Source of the DNA: Planctomycetota bacterium
Lineage (GTDB): Bacteria > Planctomycetota > Phycisphaerae > Phycisphaerales > Phycisphaeraceae
Direction: 5' to 3'
DNA: 64,000 bases
NCBI GenBank assembly: GCA_039193915.1
Contig: JBCCWH010000001.1
Coordinates: forward strand, 7,668 to 71,667
Every line of letters starts with the position of its first letter. The stretch's first letter is position 1. The position numbers were made by a program, and so were the translations under genes. Positions 37,681-47,816 of the stretch are shown piece after piece. The notes beneath the pieces were generated by a model. The model worked only from the letters and a program-made list of their open reading frames with translations. It did not search any database and was not told the DNA's origin.

Positions 37681-40056
37681 ATGAGCGCGAACAACCCACT
37701 CTCTAACATCCCGCCGCTGGGCGCAACCTCAGGCATGGCGCCCGGCGCCGCGACAGGCCGGTTCCGCCAGATCGACCCCGTCCGCGTGATCCGCACGCAC
37801 ATCGTGCTGCTGATCGCGGCGCTGGTGGTCGGCGCCATCATGGGCGCGGGCTCGTGGTTCATGCTCGACCGCAGCATGGCGCAGTTCACCAGCCACGCAA
37901 CGCTGAGCGTCAACTCCGGGATGACCAACGCCAACGAGGCTGGCGTCAACCAGCTCAGCAACATGCGCGACCTCGAGCCCAAGATCCTGACCGAGGTCAA
38001 CGCGATCCGCTCGCAGGAGATCCTCGACGACCTGCTCAAGCAGAAGCCGATCCGTGAGCAGACCGACTGGTTCAAACAGTTCAACGCCGACCTCGAGGCC
38101 GCCCGGACCGACCTCGAAGAAGAGACCGTCCGCGCCAGCCATATCCGTGACACCACCCTGATCCGTGTCTCGGCAACAACCGCCAATGGGACCGACGCTC
38201 AGACCATCGTCAGCGAACTCGCCCGCGTGTACCTCCTGCAGGTCGAGAACCGGGCCGAGTCGCGCTACAACCAGGACCGCGTCGCGTTCCAGCGTCAGTT
38301 CGAAGACGTCGTCGCACAGATCGAGCTGGTCGAAGCCCGCATCAACGGCCACCTGCGCAACCACCCGCAGGCCGCGATGGATCAGCGCAACGACGCCCCG
38401 ACGCAGGAACTCATGTTCCTCAACGCCAAGAAGTCCGAGGTCATCGAGCTGCTCTCCGCAGCGACCGCCAGCTACCAGCAGCTTGCCCAACGTCTGGAGG
38501 ACGGCGACTACACCCCTTCCGACGACGAAGTCCAGATCATCGAAACGTCCATCGCGATCCAGCAGATCGACGCCGAACTCCGCCAGCTGCGTGTCGAACG
38601 CCAGACGCAACTCGACGGCGGCAAGCTCGAGTCACACCCGATGGTCGAGAGCATCGACAGCCGAATCCGCCACGTCGAACTCGAGCGTGAAAACGCCTTC
38701 GACAACCAGGCCCGCTCGCTGTTCAAAGCCAAGCTCGAGATGGGTGCTCAGGCCGTCGCCGTGTATCAGGAACAGATCAACACGTTCGAGCCCCGGATCG
38801 CGGAGCTTCGTGCGAAGATCGAAGACATCCAACGCGCCCAGGCCGACTACGAGACGCTGCTGCGTAACCTCGAGTCCCTCGAGAAGCAGCGCGACGACGC
38901 GCAGGCCAAGCTGCGTGAGCTCGACGTCCTGATCCGCCGGGCCGGCGGCATCACCGTCGAGATGGCGAGCCCCGCAACGACGGCGAAGAAGTCCTTCCCG
39001 CCCCACTGGGCGGTGATGATCCCCGGCGTCACGCTGCTGTTCACCGGCCTGGTGACGGGCCTCGTGTTCCTCCGCGAACTGCTCGACCAGCGTGTCCGCG
39101 CCGCGGCAGACATCAAAGCACTCAACGACACGACCCTCCTGGGCATCATCCCCAACGCCGGCGAAGACCCCTCGGGCAAAGTCCCCGCCGAACGTGTCGT
39201 CGAACGCCAGCCCACCGGCCTGCTGGCCGAGTCGTACCGACAGGTGCGGACGGCTGTCCTCTCCAAGATGGACCGCCGGGGCTACAAGACCCTCGCGGTC
39301 GCCGCCGCCAAGCCCGGTGCCGGCACATCGAGCATCACCCAGAACCTGGGCGCGAGTATGGCGATGTCGGGCCGACGTGTGCTCGTCATCGACACCAACT
39401 TCCGCCGGCCACACCAGAGCGATCTGGTCGGCGCCCCCGAAAGCCCGGGCCTGATCGAGCTGCTACGCGGCGAACAGAGCGACCCGGCCCAGTGCATCCA
39501 CACGGTGGAAGGGCTCTCGCTGTCTCTGCTGCCTGCGGGCGACACCGTCGGCGCTGCCCCCGAGTTGCTGGAGACCCCGGCCTTCCGCGACCTGCTGGCC
39601 CGGCTCGAATCCAGCTTCGACATCATCCTCATCGACTCCCCGCCGGCGCTGCTGACCTCCGAAGCTCAGCTGCTGTGCAAGCACGTCGATGCGATGGTCC
39701 TCGTCGCCCGGGCACGCACCGACACCCGCGGCATGCTCCAGCGGATGGTCGGCCAGCTCGACGGCCAGCGGGCCGACATCCTCGGCGTCCTGCTCAACGA
39801 TGTCCTCGCGGCGGCCGGCGGCTACCTCCGCCAGAACTTCCGCGAGTTCCACCGCTACCACGGCAAATCCAATGGCAGCGCTGCCAAGAGCACTCGGCCT
39901 ATGGCCGGCGTGACATCGGGTCCGGCCCCCAGCAACGGCGCCACGCCGTCGCCGGAACGCCCCTCGCCCGACAGCGAAGACACCGTCATCGTCGAGGCGT
40001 TGCAAGACCGCGACGAACTCGATGACCTCGATGAATTCGACGAGGACATGGCCTAA
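37681..40056 (+). CDS. Wzc-like polysaccharide co-polymerase with a degenerate BY-kinase domain
   Basis: TM-coiled coil-TM, ELLDQRVR, LLGIIP, AESYRQVRT, VIDTNFRRP, IILIDSPP. Confidence 0.92.
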   Translation: MSANNPLSNIPPLGATSGMAPGAATGRFRQIDPVRVIRTHIVLLIAALVVGAIMGAGSWFMLDRSMAQFTSHATLSVNSGMTNANEAGVNQLSNMRDLEPKILTEVNAIRSQEILDDLLKQKPIREQTDWFKQFNADLEAARTDLEEETVRASHIRDTTLIRVSATTANGTDAQTIVSELARVYLLQVENRAESRYNQDRVAFQRQFEDVVAQIELVEARINGHLRNHPQAAMDQRNDAPTQELMFLNAKKSEVIELLSAATASYQQLAQRLEDGDYTPSDDEVQIIETSIAIQQIDAELRQLRVERQTQLDGGKLESHPMVESIDSRIRHVELERENAFDNQARSLFKAKLEMGAQAVAVYQEQINTFEPRIAELRAKIEDIQRAQADYETLLRNLESLEKQRDDAQAKLRELDVLIRRAGGITVEMASPATTAKKSFPPHWAVMIPGVTLLFTGLVTGLVFLRELLDQRVRAAADIKALNDTTLLGIIPNAGEDPSGKVPAERVVERQPTGLLAESYRQVRTAVLSKMDRRGYKTLAVAAAKPGAGTSSITQNLGASMAMSGRRVLVIDTNFRRPHQSDLVGAPESPGLIELLRGEQSDPAQCIHTVEGLSLSLLPAGDTVGAAPELLETPAFRDLLARLESSFDIILIDSPPALLTSEAQLLCKHVDAMVLVARARTDTRGMLQRMVGQLDGQRADILGVLLNDVLAAAGGYLRQNFREFHRYHGKSNGSAAKSTRPMAGVTSGPAPSNGATPSPERPSPDSEDTVIVEALQDRDELDDLDEFDEDMA

Positions 40057-40133
40057 CCACCCCCGGGGTATCGGCCCGCGCTGCGTGGCGGGGGCGGAGA
40101 ATCGGCGGCCAGAGCGCCAAGGAGTTTGTTGTT

Positions 40134-41504
40134 TTGACGCCGAGCGTTTGGATCTTGGATGGCGCGGGCCTGCCGGGCTTGTTGCCGACGCTGCCGACCC
40201 TCGGCGCCGCGTCGGCGTACCACGCGCTGCTGCCGATACTCGCGGTGCTGGGGATCGCCTTCCTGGTCTCACTCATCATGACGCCCGTGATGCGCCGCCT
40301 CGCCTTGGCCGGCGGCATCGTCGACTGGCCCGACGCCAAGCGCAAAGCCCACGCCAAACCCGTCGCCTACCTCGGCGGGCTGGCCATCTTCCTCGGTTGG
40401 CTGGCGGGGGTGGGCTACTTCATTTGGATGCTCGCGCCCGACATCTTCGGCGCGGCCCTCGAATTGCCCGAAGGCGTCCCGGAATTCCCACGCCAGGGCT
40501 TCCCGCTCAGCATCGTGCTCGGGGCTGTGGCGATCCTCCTCACCGGCCTCTTCGATGACATCTACGGCATCAGCGCCCGCGTCAAAGTCGGGGGCCAGCT
40601 CTTCGCCGCCGCCGCCATCGCGATGGAAGACGTCGGCATGAACCTGACCATCGAGTCGTTCAAGCTGATCGGCATGGCCGACATCCTCCCCCCGTCCGCG
40701 GCGTACTGGCTAGGCACCGCCGCCATCGCCGGGCTCATCATCGGCGGGTGCAATGCGCTCAACCTCATCGACGGCCTCGACGGGCTCGCCTCCGGTGTCA
40801 CCGGCATCGCGGCCATCGGCCTCGCGGCCATCGCCGTCCTGTTCATCACGACCTCCGGCTACATCGACGCCATGCCCCGCGGCGTCATCCCACTCGTCAT
40901 CTGCCTCGCCATGCTGGGCGGTGTCCTCGGATTCCTCCCCTACAACTTCAACCCCGCCTCCATCTTCATGGGCGACACCGGCTCGCTCCTGCTGGGCTAC
41001 CTCACCGTCACCGCCATCCTGATGTTTGGCGATTGCCGTGGCTGGGCACCCATGATGTTCTCCGCCGGCATCGTCTGCTTCGCCCTGCCCATCACGGACA
41101 CCGCCCTCTCGATCGTCCGCCGCAAGCTCCAGGGCAAGCCGATCTTCGCCCCCGACGCGATGCACATCCACCATATGTTCCGCCGCAGCGGGCTAAGCGT
41201 GAAGCAGGCCGTCTTCGCGATGTACTCCATCGCCTTCGTCTTCGCCGCCCTCGGCGTCACCACCACCGCGCTCCGGCTGCCATGGAAACTGGCCATGGGG
41301 CTCTTCATCGCACTCGTCGCCCTCATCATGGCCGTCGGCTACCGCACGAGCTGCAAGCTCCGCGCCGATGAAAAAACCGCCGCCTCCCCCATCGAGGCTC
41401 CCGCGCCCGGCGAGGAACACGGCGCACACGGGGTCGAGCCCCCGACCCTGGGCAGTGCCGCCGACCCCGACGCGACCCCCACACCCACCCCCCCCTCCCA
41501 GTAG
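40134..41504 (+). CDS. WecA/TagO-like polyprenyl-phosphate HexNAc-1-phosphate transferase (GT4/MraY superfamily)
   Basis: RKAHAKPVAYLGGLAI, GLFDD, NALNLIDGLDGLA, YNFNPASIFMGDTGS, PDAMHIHH. Confidence 0.93.
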   Translation: MTPSVWILDGAGLPGLLPTLPTLGAASAYHALLPILAVLGIAFLVSLIMTPVMRRLALAGGIVDWPDAKRKAHAKPVAYLGGLAIFLGWLAGVGYFIWMLAPDIFGAALELPEGVPEFPRQGFPLSIVLGAVAILLTGLFDDIYGISARVKVGGQLFAAAAIAMEDVGMNLTIESFKLIGMADILPPSAAYWLGTAAIAGLIIGGCNALNLIDGLDGLASGVTGIAAIGLAAIAVLFITTSGYIDAMPRGVIPLVICLAMLGGVLGFLPYNFNPASIFMGDTGSLLLGYLTVTAILMFGDCRGWAPMMFSAGIVCFALPITDTALSIVRRKLQGKPIFAPDAMHIHHMFRRSGLSVKQAVFAMYSIAFVFAALGVTTTALRLPWKLAMGLFIALVALIMAVGYRTSCKLRADEKTAASPIEAPAPGEEHGAHGVEPPTLGSAADPDATPTPTPPSQ

Positions 41505-41860
41505 CCCGGGAAACACATCGATTCCGCCCGCGAGCCGCCCTCCCCATGACCCCGCCCGGGGCTTGCGGGACCGCCCTTCCCCGTGCTACACTGTTGGATC
41601 GCGGATCGCCCGACCCGGGTCGCCGCATCGGTGGCTTTGTGCCCCACCCTGCCCCGGCAGTGTGAGACAACACAAAGATCTACAAGCCGTTCAGTATCGC
41701 CGGCGGCGAGTCGATCGCCGGCCCTTATTCATCCTTTCGCCGTAACGACGCGGCGGCCCATGCGGCGGACCCGGTCCCCCCGCTTTCAGGCCACACCGGC
41801 CATGGGATTTTTTTGACCGGATAAGCGCGGCTCGTTTGCAAGCCCCGCACGGAGCAACCC

Positions 41861-42697
41861 ATGTCCCTCGCCAAAGAACTCGTTGACGCCGGCATCCACT
41901 TCGGCCACCGGTCCACCCACTGGAACCCGAAGATGGCCCCCTACATCTTCGGCAAGCGCAACAAGATCCACATCATCGACGTCAAGGAAACCATCAAGGG
42001 CCTCCTGCTCGCCCGCAAGTTCCTGACCAAGGTCGTCGCCGACGGCAAAGACGTGCTCTTTGTCGGCACCAAGCGCCAGGCCCGCGGCATCATCGAGCAG
42101 TACGCCGGCGAAGCCGGGATGCCCTACGTCACCGAACGCTGGCTCGGCGGCACACTCACCAACTACATGACCATCCGCCAGCGCCTCAAGCGGCTCGAAG
42201 AACTCGAACGCATCGAAGAGTCCGGCGAGATCGAAAACTACTCCAAGAAGATGGAGTCACAGCTCAACCGCGAGAAGTCCAAGATCTCCCGCAACCTCGG
42301 CGGCATCCGTGAGATGCACAAACTCCCCGGCGCGATCGTCATCGTCGACGTTGCCCAGGAGCACAACGCCGTCCGCGAGGCACGCAAGCTCGGCATCCCC
42401 ACCGTCTGCCTGATCGACACCGACTCCGACCCCAACTTCGCCGACATCCCGATCCCCGGCAACGACGACGCGATGCGCTCGATCGAAGTCGTGATCCGCT
42501 CGCTCATGGCTGCGGTGAACGAAGGCAAGACCCAGCGCCGCGAGAAAACCGGCGACGGCAAGGACGGCAGCGGCGAAGCCGAGGCCAAGCCCCGCAAGCG
42601 CAGCAGCCGAGCCCAGTTCTCCGCCGACGCCCCGGCTCAGCCCCCCGCCGGCGAAGATGCCCCGGCCTCTGAGCCCGCCGCCGCGCCGGCCGAGTAA
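41861..42697 (+). CDS. rpsB: 30S ribosomal protein S2
   Basis: [38 protein letters not shown]. Confidence 0.98.
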   Translation: MSLAKELVDAGIHFGHRSTHWNPKMAPYIFGKRNKIHIIDVKETIKGLLLARKFLTKVVADGKDVLFVGTKRQARGIIEQYAGEAGMPYVTERWLGGTLTNYMTIRQRLKRLEELERIEESGEIENYSKKMESQLNREKSKISRNLGGIREMHKLPGAIVIVDVAQEHNAVREARKLGIPTVCLIDTDSDPNFADIPIPGNDDAMRSIEVVIRSLMAAVNEGKTQRREKTGDGKDGSGEAEAKPRKRSSRAQFSADAPAQPPAGEDAPASEPAAAPAE

Positions 42698-42856
42698 ACC
42701 GCCCGCCGATGTAACCGCTACGCACACCGGGCACGAAACGCAAGTGTGACCGCACGCCCGGCTCTACACCCGCCGTCGTTGCGTGCCCTGTGGCTGCTTC
42801 CCAAACCCCACCGACCCCAAGAAGACCGCCGACCCCGGCGTCAGGAGAACCCCACG

Positions 42857-43660
42857 ATGTCATTCACCGCCAAAGACGTGATGCAACTGCGTAAGGCCAC
42901 CGGCCTGGGCATGGCCGACTGCAAGAAGGCCCTCGAAAAAGCCGAAGGCGACCTCGACAAGGCCGCCGAAATCGTCCGCGCCGAATTCGGTGCCAAGATG
43001 GACGGCCGCGCCGACCGTGAGTCCGGCGAAGGCCGGATCGCTATCGCCGTCGCTGACGATAAGTCCAAGGGCGCTATCGTCCGCGTCAACACCGAGACCG
43101 ACTTCACCGCCAAGAACGACGCCTTCGTCGCGATGACCCAGAAGGTCGCCGACCTCGCCCTCGACCAAGAGCCCGGCGACGTGGCCGCGAACGACACCAT
43201 CGAAGACACCCTCAAAGAAGTCCGCCTGACCACCGGCGAGAACATCCAGTTCGGCTCCGGCACGGTGTACGGCGGCGCAGGCCACACCGTCGGCAGCTAC
43301 GTCCACTTCACCGGCAAGGTCGGTGTCCTGATCGACCTCGAAGGCCAAGCCGACGAGCAGCTCTGCAAAGACCTGTGCATGCACATCTCGGCGATCGTCC
43401 CCGAGCCGATGGGCGTCAACGAAGAAGACGTCCCCGCCGACATCATCGAGAAGGAAAAGCAGGCCGCCAAGGCCGAGGCCATCGAATCCGGCAAGCCCGA
43501 AGACATCGCCGAGAAGATGGTCGTCGGCAAGATGCGTAAGTACATGGACTCGATCGTCCTCCTTCGCCAGCCGTTCGTGAAGGACGACAAGCAGCAGATC
43601 CAGGACATCCTGCCCGAAGGCGTCAAGATCAAGAGCTTCACCAAGCTCGCGATCGGGTAA
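42857..43660 (+). CDS. tsf: Elongation factor Ts
   Basis: LRKATGLGMADCKKAL, NTETDFTAKN, GKPEDIAEKMVVGK, QPFVKD; aggag RBS. Confidence 0.97.
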   Translation: MSFTAKDVMQLRKATGLGMADCKKALEKAEGDLDKAAEIVRAEFGAKMDGRADRESGEGRIAIAVADDKSKGAIVRVNTETDFTAKNDAFVAMTQKVADLALDQEPGDVAANDTIEDTLKEVRLTTGENIQFGSGTVYGGAGHTVGSYVHFTGKVGVLIDLEGQADEQLCKDLCMHISAIVPEPMGVNEEDVPADIIEKEKQAAKAEAIESGKPEDIAEKMVVGKMRKYMDSIVLLRQPFVKDDKQQIQDILPEGVKIKSFTKLAIG

Positions 43661-43694
43661 CCCGGCCCGGCTCCAAGACAACCTGAATATCGCC

Positions 43695-43722
43695 AAGGCC
43701 CGCGACACGCGTCGCGGGCCTT
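43695..43722 (+). terminator. Stem-loop after tsf
   Basis: aaggcccgcgac-acgc-gtcgcgggcctt perfect 12-bp stem; U-tail is weak. Confidence 0.55.
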
Positions 43723-43837
43723 GCTATGCGCTGGAGACCACAGGCTTTCGCGGCGGGGACCCGGGCTCGCCGGCCCTGGGGAACAGGCAGGCCCCCACGG
43801 TCGCACGAAAAACTTTTCGTATTTTTTAGAGGTCGAT

Positions 43838-43863
43838 GCATCCGGTCGGTGTTTGCCGGCGAA
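43838..43863 (+). promoter_or_regulatory. SigK-type ECF promoter
   Basis: GCATCC-N16-CGAA upstream of the fasciclin gene; matches the mycobacterial SigK-type CATCC...CGAA spacing. Confidence 0.65.
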
Positions 43864-43955
43864 AACAGTCTTGAGCACGCCACAAGGGCCCGTGACGTGC
43901 CGCGTTGACTGACTGTACCGACTGACCCACACCACCAACCCCAAGGAAACACACC

Positions 43956-44906
43956 ATGCCACGCCTGACCCACACCCTCCTCGCCGCTCTTCCCGCCCTC
44001 GGATTCGCCTTCGCGACGCCCGCCGTCGCCGGCGACTGCCACCGCAGCTGTGACCGTGACGCGACGCCACTCGAAGCCGTGACCGCCGAGATGGACATCG
44101 TCGAGACCGCGGTCGCCGCCGGGTCGTTCGACACCCTCGCGGCGCTGCTCGAAGCCGCAGACCTTGTAGAGGCGCTCCAGGGCGATACTTCACTGACCGT
44201 GTTTGCCCCCACCGATGAGGCGTTCGCCGCCCTGCCCGAGGAAACCGTGACGTTCCTGCTCGACCCCGAGAACAAGCACGTGCTCCAGGCCGTCCTGCTG
44301 TATCACGTCGTGCCCGGGGCACTCGAAGCCGAAGACGTCTTGGCGGCCGACAAACTCGTCACGCTCAACGGCCAGAAGCTCGACCTCACCGCCGAAGGCA
44401 GCGTCATGGTTGACGACGCCAACGTCACCGCCACCGACATCGGCTGCACCAACGGCGTGATCCACGTGATCGACAAGGTCATGGTGCCTAGCACGCAGGA
44501 CCTGATCGAGACCGCCGTCGCCGCCGGGTCGTTCGAAACCCTCGCGGCAGCGTTGGAAGCCGCCGGGCTGATCGAAGCACTCCAGGGCGAAGGCCCCTTC
44601 ACCGTCTTCGCACCGTCGGACGAAGCGTTCGCCGCACTGCCTGAGAGTGTCGTGGCCGACCTGCTCAAGCCGGAGAACAAGGACCAGCTCATCGCGGTGC
44701 TGACGTACCACGTCGTCGCCGGCCGGGTGTACGCGGTAGATGCGATCGCGGCCGAGCACGCCGAAACTCTGCAGGGATCGAAGATCACGATCGAGCAGCG
44801 TGATGGTCAAGTGTTTATCAACGACGCCCGTGTCATCAGCGCCGACATCGACGCAACCAACGGCGTCATCCATGTCATCGACAAGGTGATCCTGCCCAGC
44901 GAGTAA
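43956..44906 (+). CDS. Secreted protein with two fasciclin (FAS1) domains
   Basis: Twice TVFAP(T/S)DEAFAALP..YHVV..NGVIHVIDKV; signal peptide. Confidence 0.96.
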   Translation: MPRLTHTLLAALPALGFAFATPAVAGDCHRSCDRDATPLEAVTAEMDIVETAVAAGSFDTLAALLEAADLVEALQGDTSLTVFAPTDEAFAALPEETVTFLLDPENKHVLQAVLLYHVVPGALEAEDVLAADKLVTLNGQKLDLTAEGSVMVDDANVTATDIGCTNGVIHVIDKVMVPSTQDLIETAVAAGSFETLAAALEAAGLIEALQGEGPFTVFAPSDEAFAALPESVVADLLKPENKDQLIAVLTYHVVAGRVYAVDAIAAEHAETLQGSKITIEQRDGQVFINDARVISADIDATNGVIHVIDKVILPSE

Positions 44907-44919
44907 CCCACCCATGACC

Positions 44920-44957
44920 GGCCGTTCGGCTCCGAAAGGGGCCGAGTGGCTTTTTGT
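44920..44957 (+). terminator. Intrinsic terminator after the fasciclin gene
   Basis: ttcggctcc-gaaa-ggggccgag stem, then ctttttgt. Confidence 0.7.
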
Positions 44958-45105
44958 CCGGGCGTGCGAATCGGTTATACCCCCCCGCCGGTCGTGCGTC
45001 CGGATTTGCAAGATGAAAACGCTAACCGCCCACAGCTTGACACCCACCATGAGAAGCCCGAGCATAGAGCCTCTCGGGGGGGTATCCCGAGAACGAGCCC
45101 GTGTC

Positions 45106-45660
45106 ATGTCACAATCAACAGGCCTGCTAGAACGCGTCGCGTCGGGCGACGAATCCGCGGTCGCCGAGGTGCTCGATACCTACGGCGGCCTCGTGTGGTC
45201 GATCGCGCGGCGGTCCTTCCACGACCAGGCCGAGGCCGAGGACGCCGTGCAAGACGCCCTGATCGCGGTTTGGAAAGGCGCGGCGAAGTACGACCCCGCG
45301 ATCGCGAGCGAGTCGACCTTTGTCGCGATGATCGCCCGGCGTCGCGTCATCGACCGTGTACGCAAGCAGGGCCGACGCCCACAGACCCAGCCGCTCGAAC
45401 CGATGCACGAGCCCGGAGACGAGCCGATCCAGCCTGCCGAACTCAGCGAAGAATCGCAGCGGGTCCTCGCCGCAATCGATGCGCTCGATCCGCCTCAACC
45501 CGAAGTCATCCGGCAGTCGCTGATGGAAGGCCTGACCCACGCACAGATCTCCGAGAAACTGTCCCTGCCGTTGGGCACGGTCAAGACACATATCCGTCGC
45601 GGGCTCAACAAGGTCCGCGCCGCACTGGGTGTGCACAAAGGAAGCGGGGTGCCGGCATGA
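45106..45660 (+). CDS. ECF RNA polymerase sigma factor (SigK-like)
   Basis: AEDAVQDALIAVW, IARRRVIDRVR, LPLGTVKTHIRRGL; stop overlaps the next ATG. Confidence 0.93.
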   Translation: MSQSTGLLERVASGDESAVAEVLDTYGGLVWSIARRSFHDQAEAEDAVQDALIAVWKGAAKYDPAIASESTFVAMIARRRVIDRVRKQGRRPQTQPLEPMHEPGDEPIQPAELSEESQRVLAAIDALDPPQPEVIRQSLMEGLTHAQISEKLSLPLGTVKTHIRRGLNKVRAALGVHKGSGVPA

Positions 45661-46490
45661 ACCAGCACCCGCAACTCACGCCCGAACAGATCGAAGACCT
45701 GCTTGCTGCCCGAGCGACACAGGGGCTCGATCCCAGCGAACAGCAACACTACGACGCTCTTGTCGCGCAGGACCCCGCAATCGCGCGGCAGGCGGAGGCC
45801 TTCGAGGCCGCGGCGGCGTCCGCGACGGTCGCGCTCATTGACCGGGCGGGCAGGCACGCGCTCCCGGCCGCCCTGCGCGACCGGCTGCTCCGCGATGCTT
45901 CGGACCAGCTCCAACGCAGCACAAACCCAGACCTCAGACTCGCCGGGACGGCAGCCGCCCCGCCGCCGCGCCCCGCGCTCTTCAGCCCACAGGCGATCGG
46001 TTGGTACGTCGCCGCCGCCGCGCTGCTCGGGCTCGCGTTTGTCATGTTCAGCCCCGGCCCCGAAACCAGCACCAGCCCGGACCCCACACCGGCGCAGCAG
46101 TACACCGAGCTCGCCGACGCACCCGCAACCGTCACCGCGAGTTGGGGCTTCAACGCCGACGGCGGCGACCCGCGCTTCGCCAACGCGACCGGCGAAGTCA
46201 TCTTCAACCCCGACCAGCAGGCCGGCTACATGAAGCTCACGGGGCTGCCCGTCAACGACCCGACCAAAGAGCAGTACCAGCTCTGGATCGTCGACGCCTC
46301 ACGCACCGGCCAAACAACCGATCGTGTCGACGGCGGGGTCTTCGATGTCACCGACACCGGCGAGGTCATCATCCCCGTCACCGCCGCGATCCGCGCCGAC
46401 CAGCCCGTCGTCTTCGCCATCACCGTCGAGAAGCCCGGCGGCGTGGTCGTCTCGAAAGGCCCGCTGCAGGTCGTCGCCGCCGTCGAGTAA
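45657..46490 (+). CDS. Anti-sigma factor, RskA family
   Basis: N-terminal anti-sigma helix, TM, YQLWIVD..DGGVF..FAITVEKPGG. Confidence 0.92.
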   Translation: MNQHPQLTPEQIEDLLAARATQGLDPSEQQHYDALVAQDPAIARQAEAFEAAAASATVALIDRAGRHALPAALRDRLLRDASDQLQRSTNPDLRLAGTAAAPPPRPALFSPQAIGWYVAAAALLGLAFVMFSPGPETSTSPDPTPAQQYTELADAPATVTASWGFNADGGDPRFANATGEVIFNPDQQAGYMKLTGLPVNDPTKEQYQLWIVDASRTGQTTDRVDGGVFDVTDTGEVIIPVTAAIRADQPVVFAITVEKPGGVVVSKGPLQVVAAVE

Positions 46491-46734
46491 ACCAGCAACA
46501 CCCACCACCAGGCACGAAGCTCCGGCGCATGACCGCGGACTATTCTCCCGCTCACGCGCCGGTGCTTCGTTTCAGTATTGCATGAGTCAACTTCGTCGGC
46601 ACCACGCTCGGCGTGTGGCATATCGCGTGGCTTCAGCCCATGCCGCCGACCGCCCTCGCAGTCACGGGCGAGAAACAACCGGTCGACCGACCGACCCGCG
46701 GGCTATAATCCAGGCCGAACGAAGGAGCAGGCCA

Positions 46735-47703
46735 TTGAACCCCACCCCACCCCCCTCCGCACACGCAGCGCCGTCCGGGTCAAATTCCACCCCACTCACC
46801 GAATTGGGCCAGGTCTGGCTCAACGGCCAACTCGTGCCCGGCGAACACGCCGCTGTCTCCGTCATGGACCACGGCGTGCTCTACGGCGACGGGGTCTTCG
46901 AAGGCATCCGCGCCTACCACGGCAAAGTCCTCAAACTCCGCTCCCACCTCCAACGCTTTTTCGACTCCGCCAAGGCCATCCGCCTTTCACTCCCGTACAC
47001 GATCGACCAGCTCGAATCCGCCGTCCGCGAAACGCTCAACGTCAACGGCCGAGACAACGGATACATCCGCCTCTGCGCCACCCGCGGCGTCGGCACCATG
47101 GGGCTCAACCCCTTCCTCTCCCCCACGCCCAACATCTTCATCATCACCTGCGACATCAAGCTCTACCCCCAGGAACTCTACGACCAGGGCATGAAGGTCA
47201 TCACCAGCAGCGTCACCCGCAACCACCCGGCTGCGCTGTCGCCGCGCATCAAGAGCAACAACTACCTCAACAACATCCTCGCCAAGATCGAGGCCATCGA
47301 CGCCGGCTGCCTCGAAGCCGTCATGCTCAACACCCAAGGCCTCGTCGCCGAGTGCACGGGCGACAACATCTTCATCGTCCGCAGACCGATGGGCAGTCAG
47401 CAGGCCGAGCTCGTGACCCCCCCGCTGCACGCGGGCATCCTCGAAGGCATCACACGCAACCTCGTCATCGACCTCGCACACGACGCGGGCGTCACGGTGC
47501 GTGAACTCGACCTCAGCAAGCACGACCTCTACACCGCCGACGAGATGTTCCTCACCGGCACCGCCGCCGAGGTCATTGCGGTCACCGAGATCGACGGCCG
47601 CAAAATCGGCCACGGCGAAACCGAAGGCAAGCCCGGCCCGATCACGCAGCAGCTCAACGGCACGTTCCGGAAGATGCTAGAAAATGGCGCACCTGAGGAT
47701 TGA
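46735..47703 (+). CDS. ilvE: Branched-chain amino acid aminotransferase
   Basis: HGVLYGDGVFEGIRAY, IKSNNYLNNILAKIEA, AECTGDNIF, LEGITR, FLTGTAAEV; aaggag RBS before TTG 46735. Confidence 0.94.
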   Translation: MNPTPPPSAHAAPSGSNSTPLTELGQVWLNGQLVPGEHAAVSVMDHGVLYGDGVFEGIRAYHGKVLKLRSHLQRFFDSAKAIRLSLPYTIDQLESAVRETLNVNGRDNGYIRLCATRGVGTMGLNPFLSPTPNIFIITCDIKLYPQELYDQGMKVITSSVTRNHPAALSPRIKSNNYLNNILAKIEAIDAGCLEAVMLNTQGLVAECTGDNIFIVRRPMGSQQAELVTPPLHAGILEGITRNLVIDLAHDAGVTVRELDLSKHDLYTADEMFLTGTAAEVIAVTEIDGRKIGHGETEGKPGPITQQLNGTFRKMLENGAPED

Positions 47704-47717
47704 TCTGACGCCTCGCT

Positions 47718-47772
47718 AATAGCCGCGTTGCTACGCAACGCCGGACCAGCGACGCGTAGCGTCGCGGCTATT
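47718..47772. repeat. REP-like doublet, family A (second copy)
   Basis: aatagccgcgttgctacgcaacgccgg...gcgacgcgtagcgtcgcggctatt. Confidence 0.75.
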
Positions 47773-47788
47773 CACCCCCGCGATGCCG

Positions 47789-47816
47789 ATCGAACATCGC
47801 ACATCGAACATCGCAC
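47789..47816. repeat. 7-mer array (atcgaac/atcgcac)x2 abutting the truD ATG
   Basis: Same units as at 18641-18668. Confidence 0.85.

Noticed and set aside
41700-41860. rpsB autoregulatory leader RNA
   Set aside because: Plausible by position, but I could not match a consensus by eye.
44085-44900. Long internal direct repeat
   Set aside because: Explained by the two tandem fasciclin domains.
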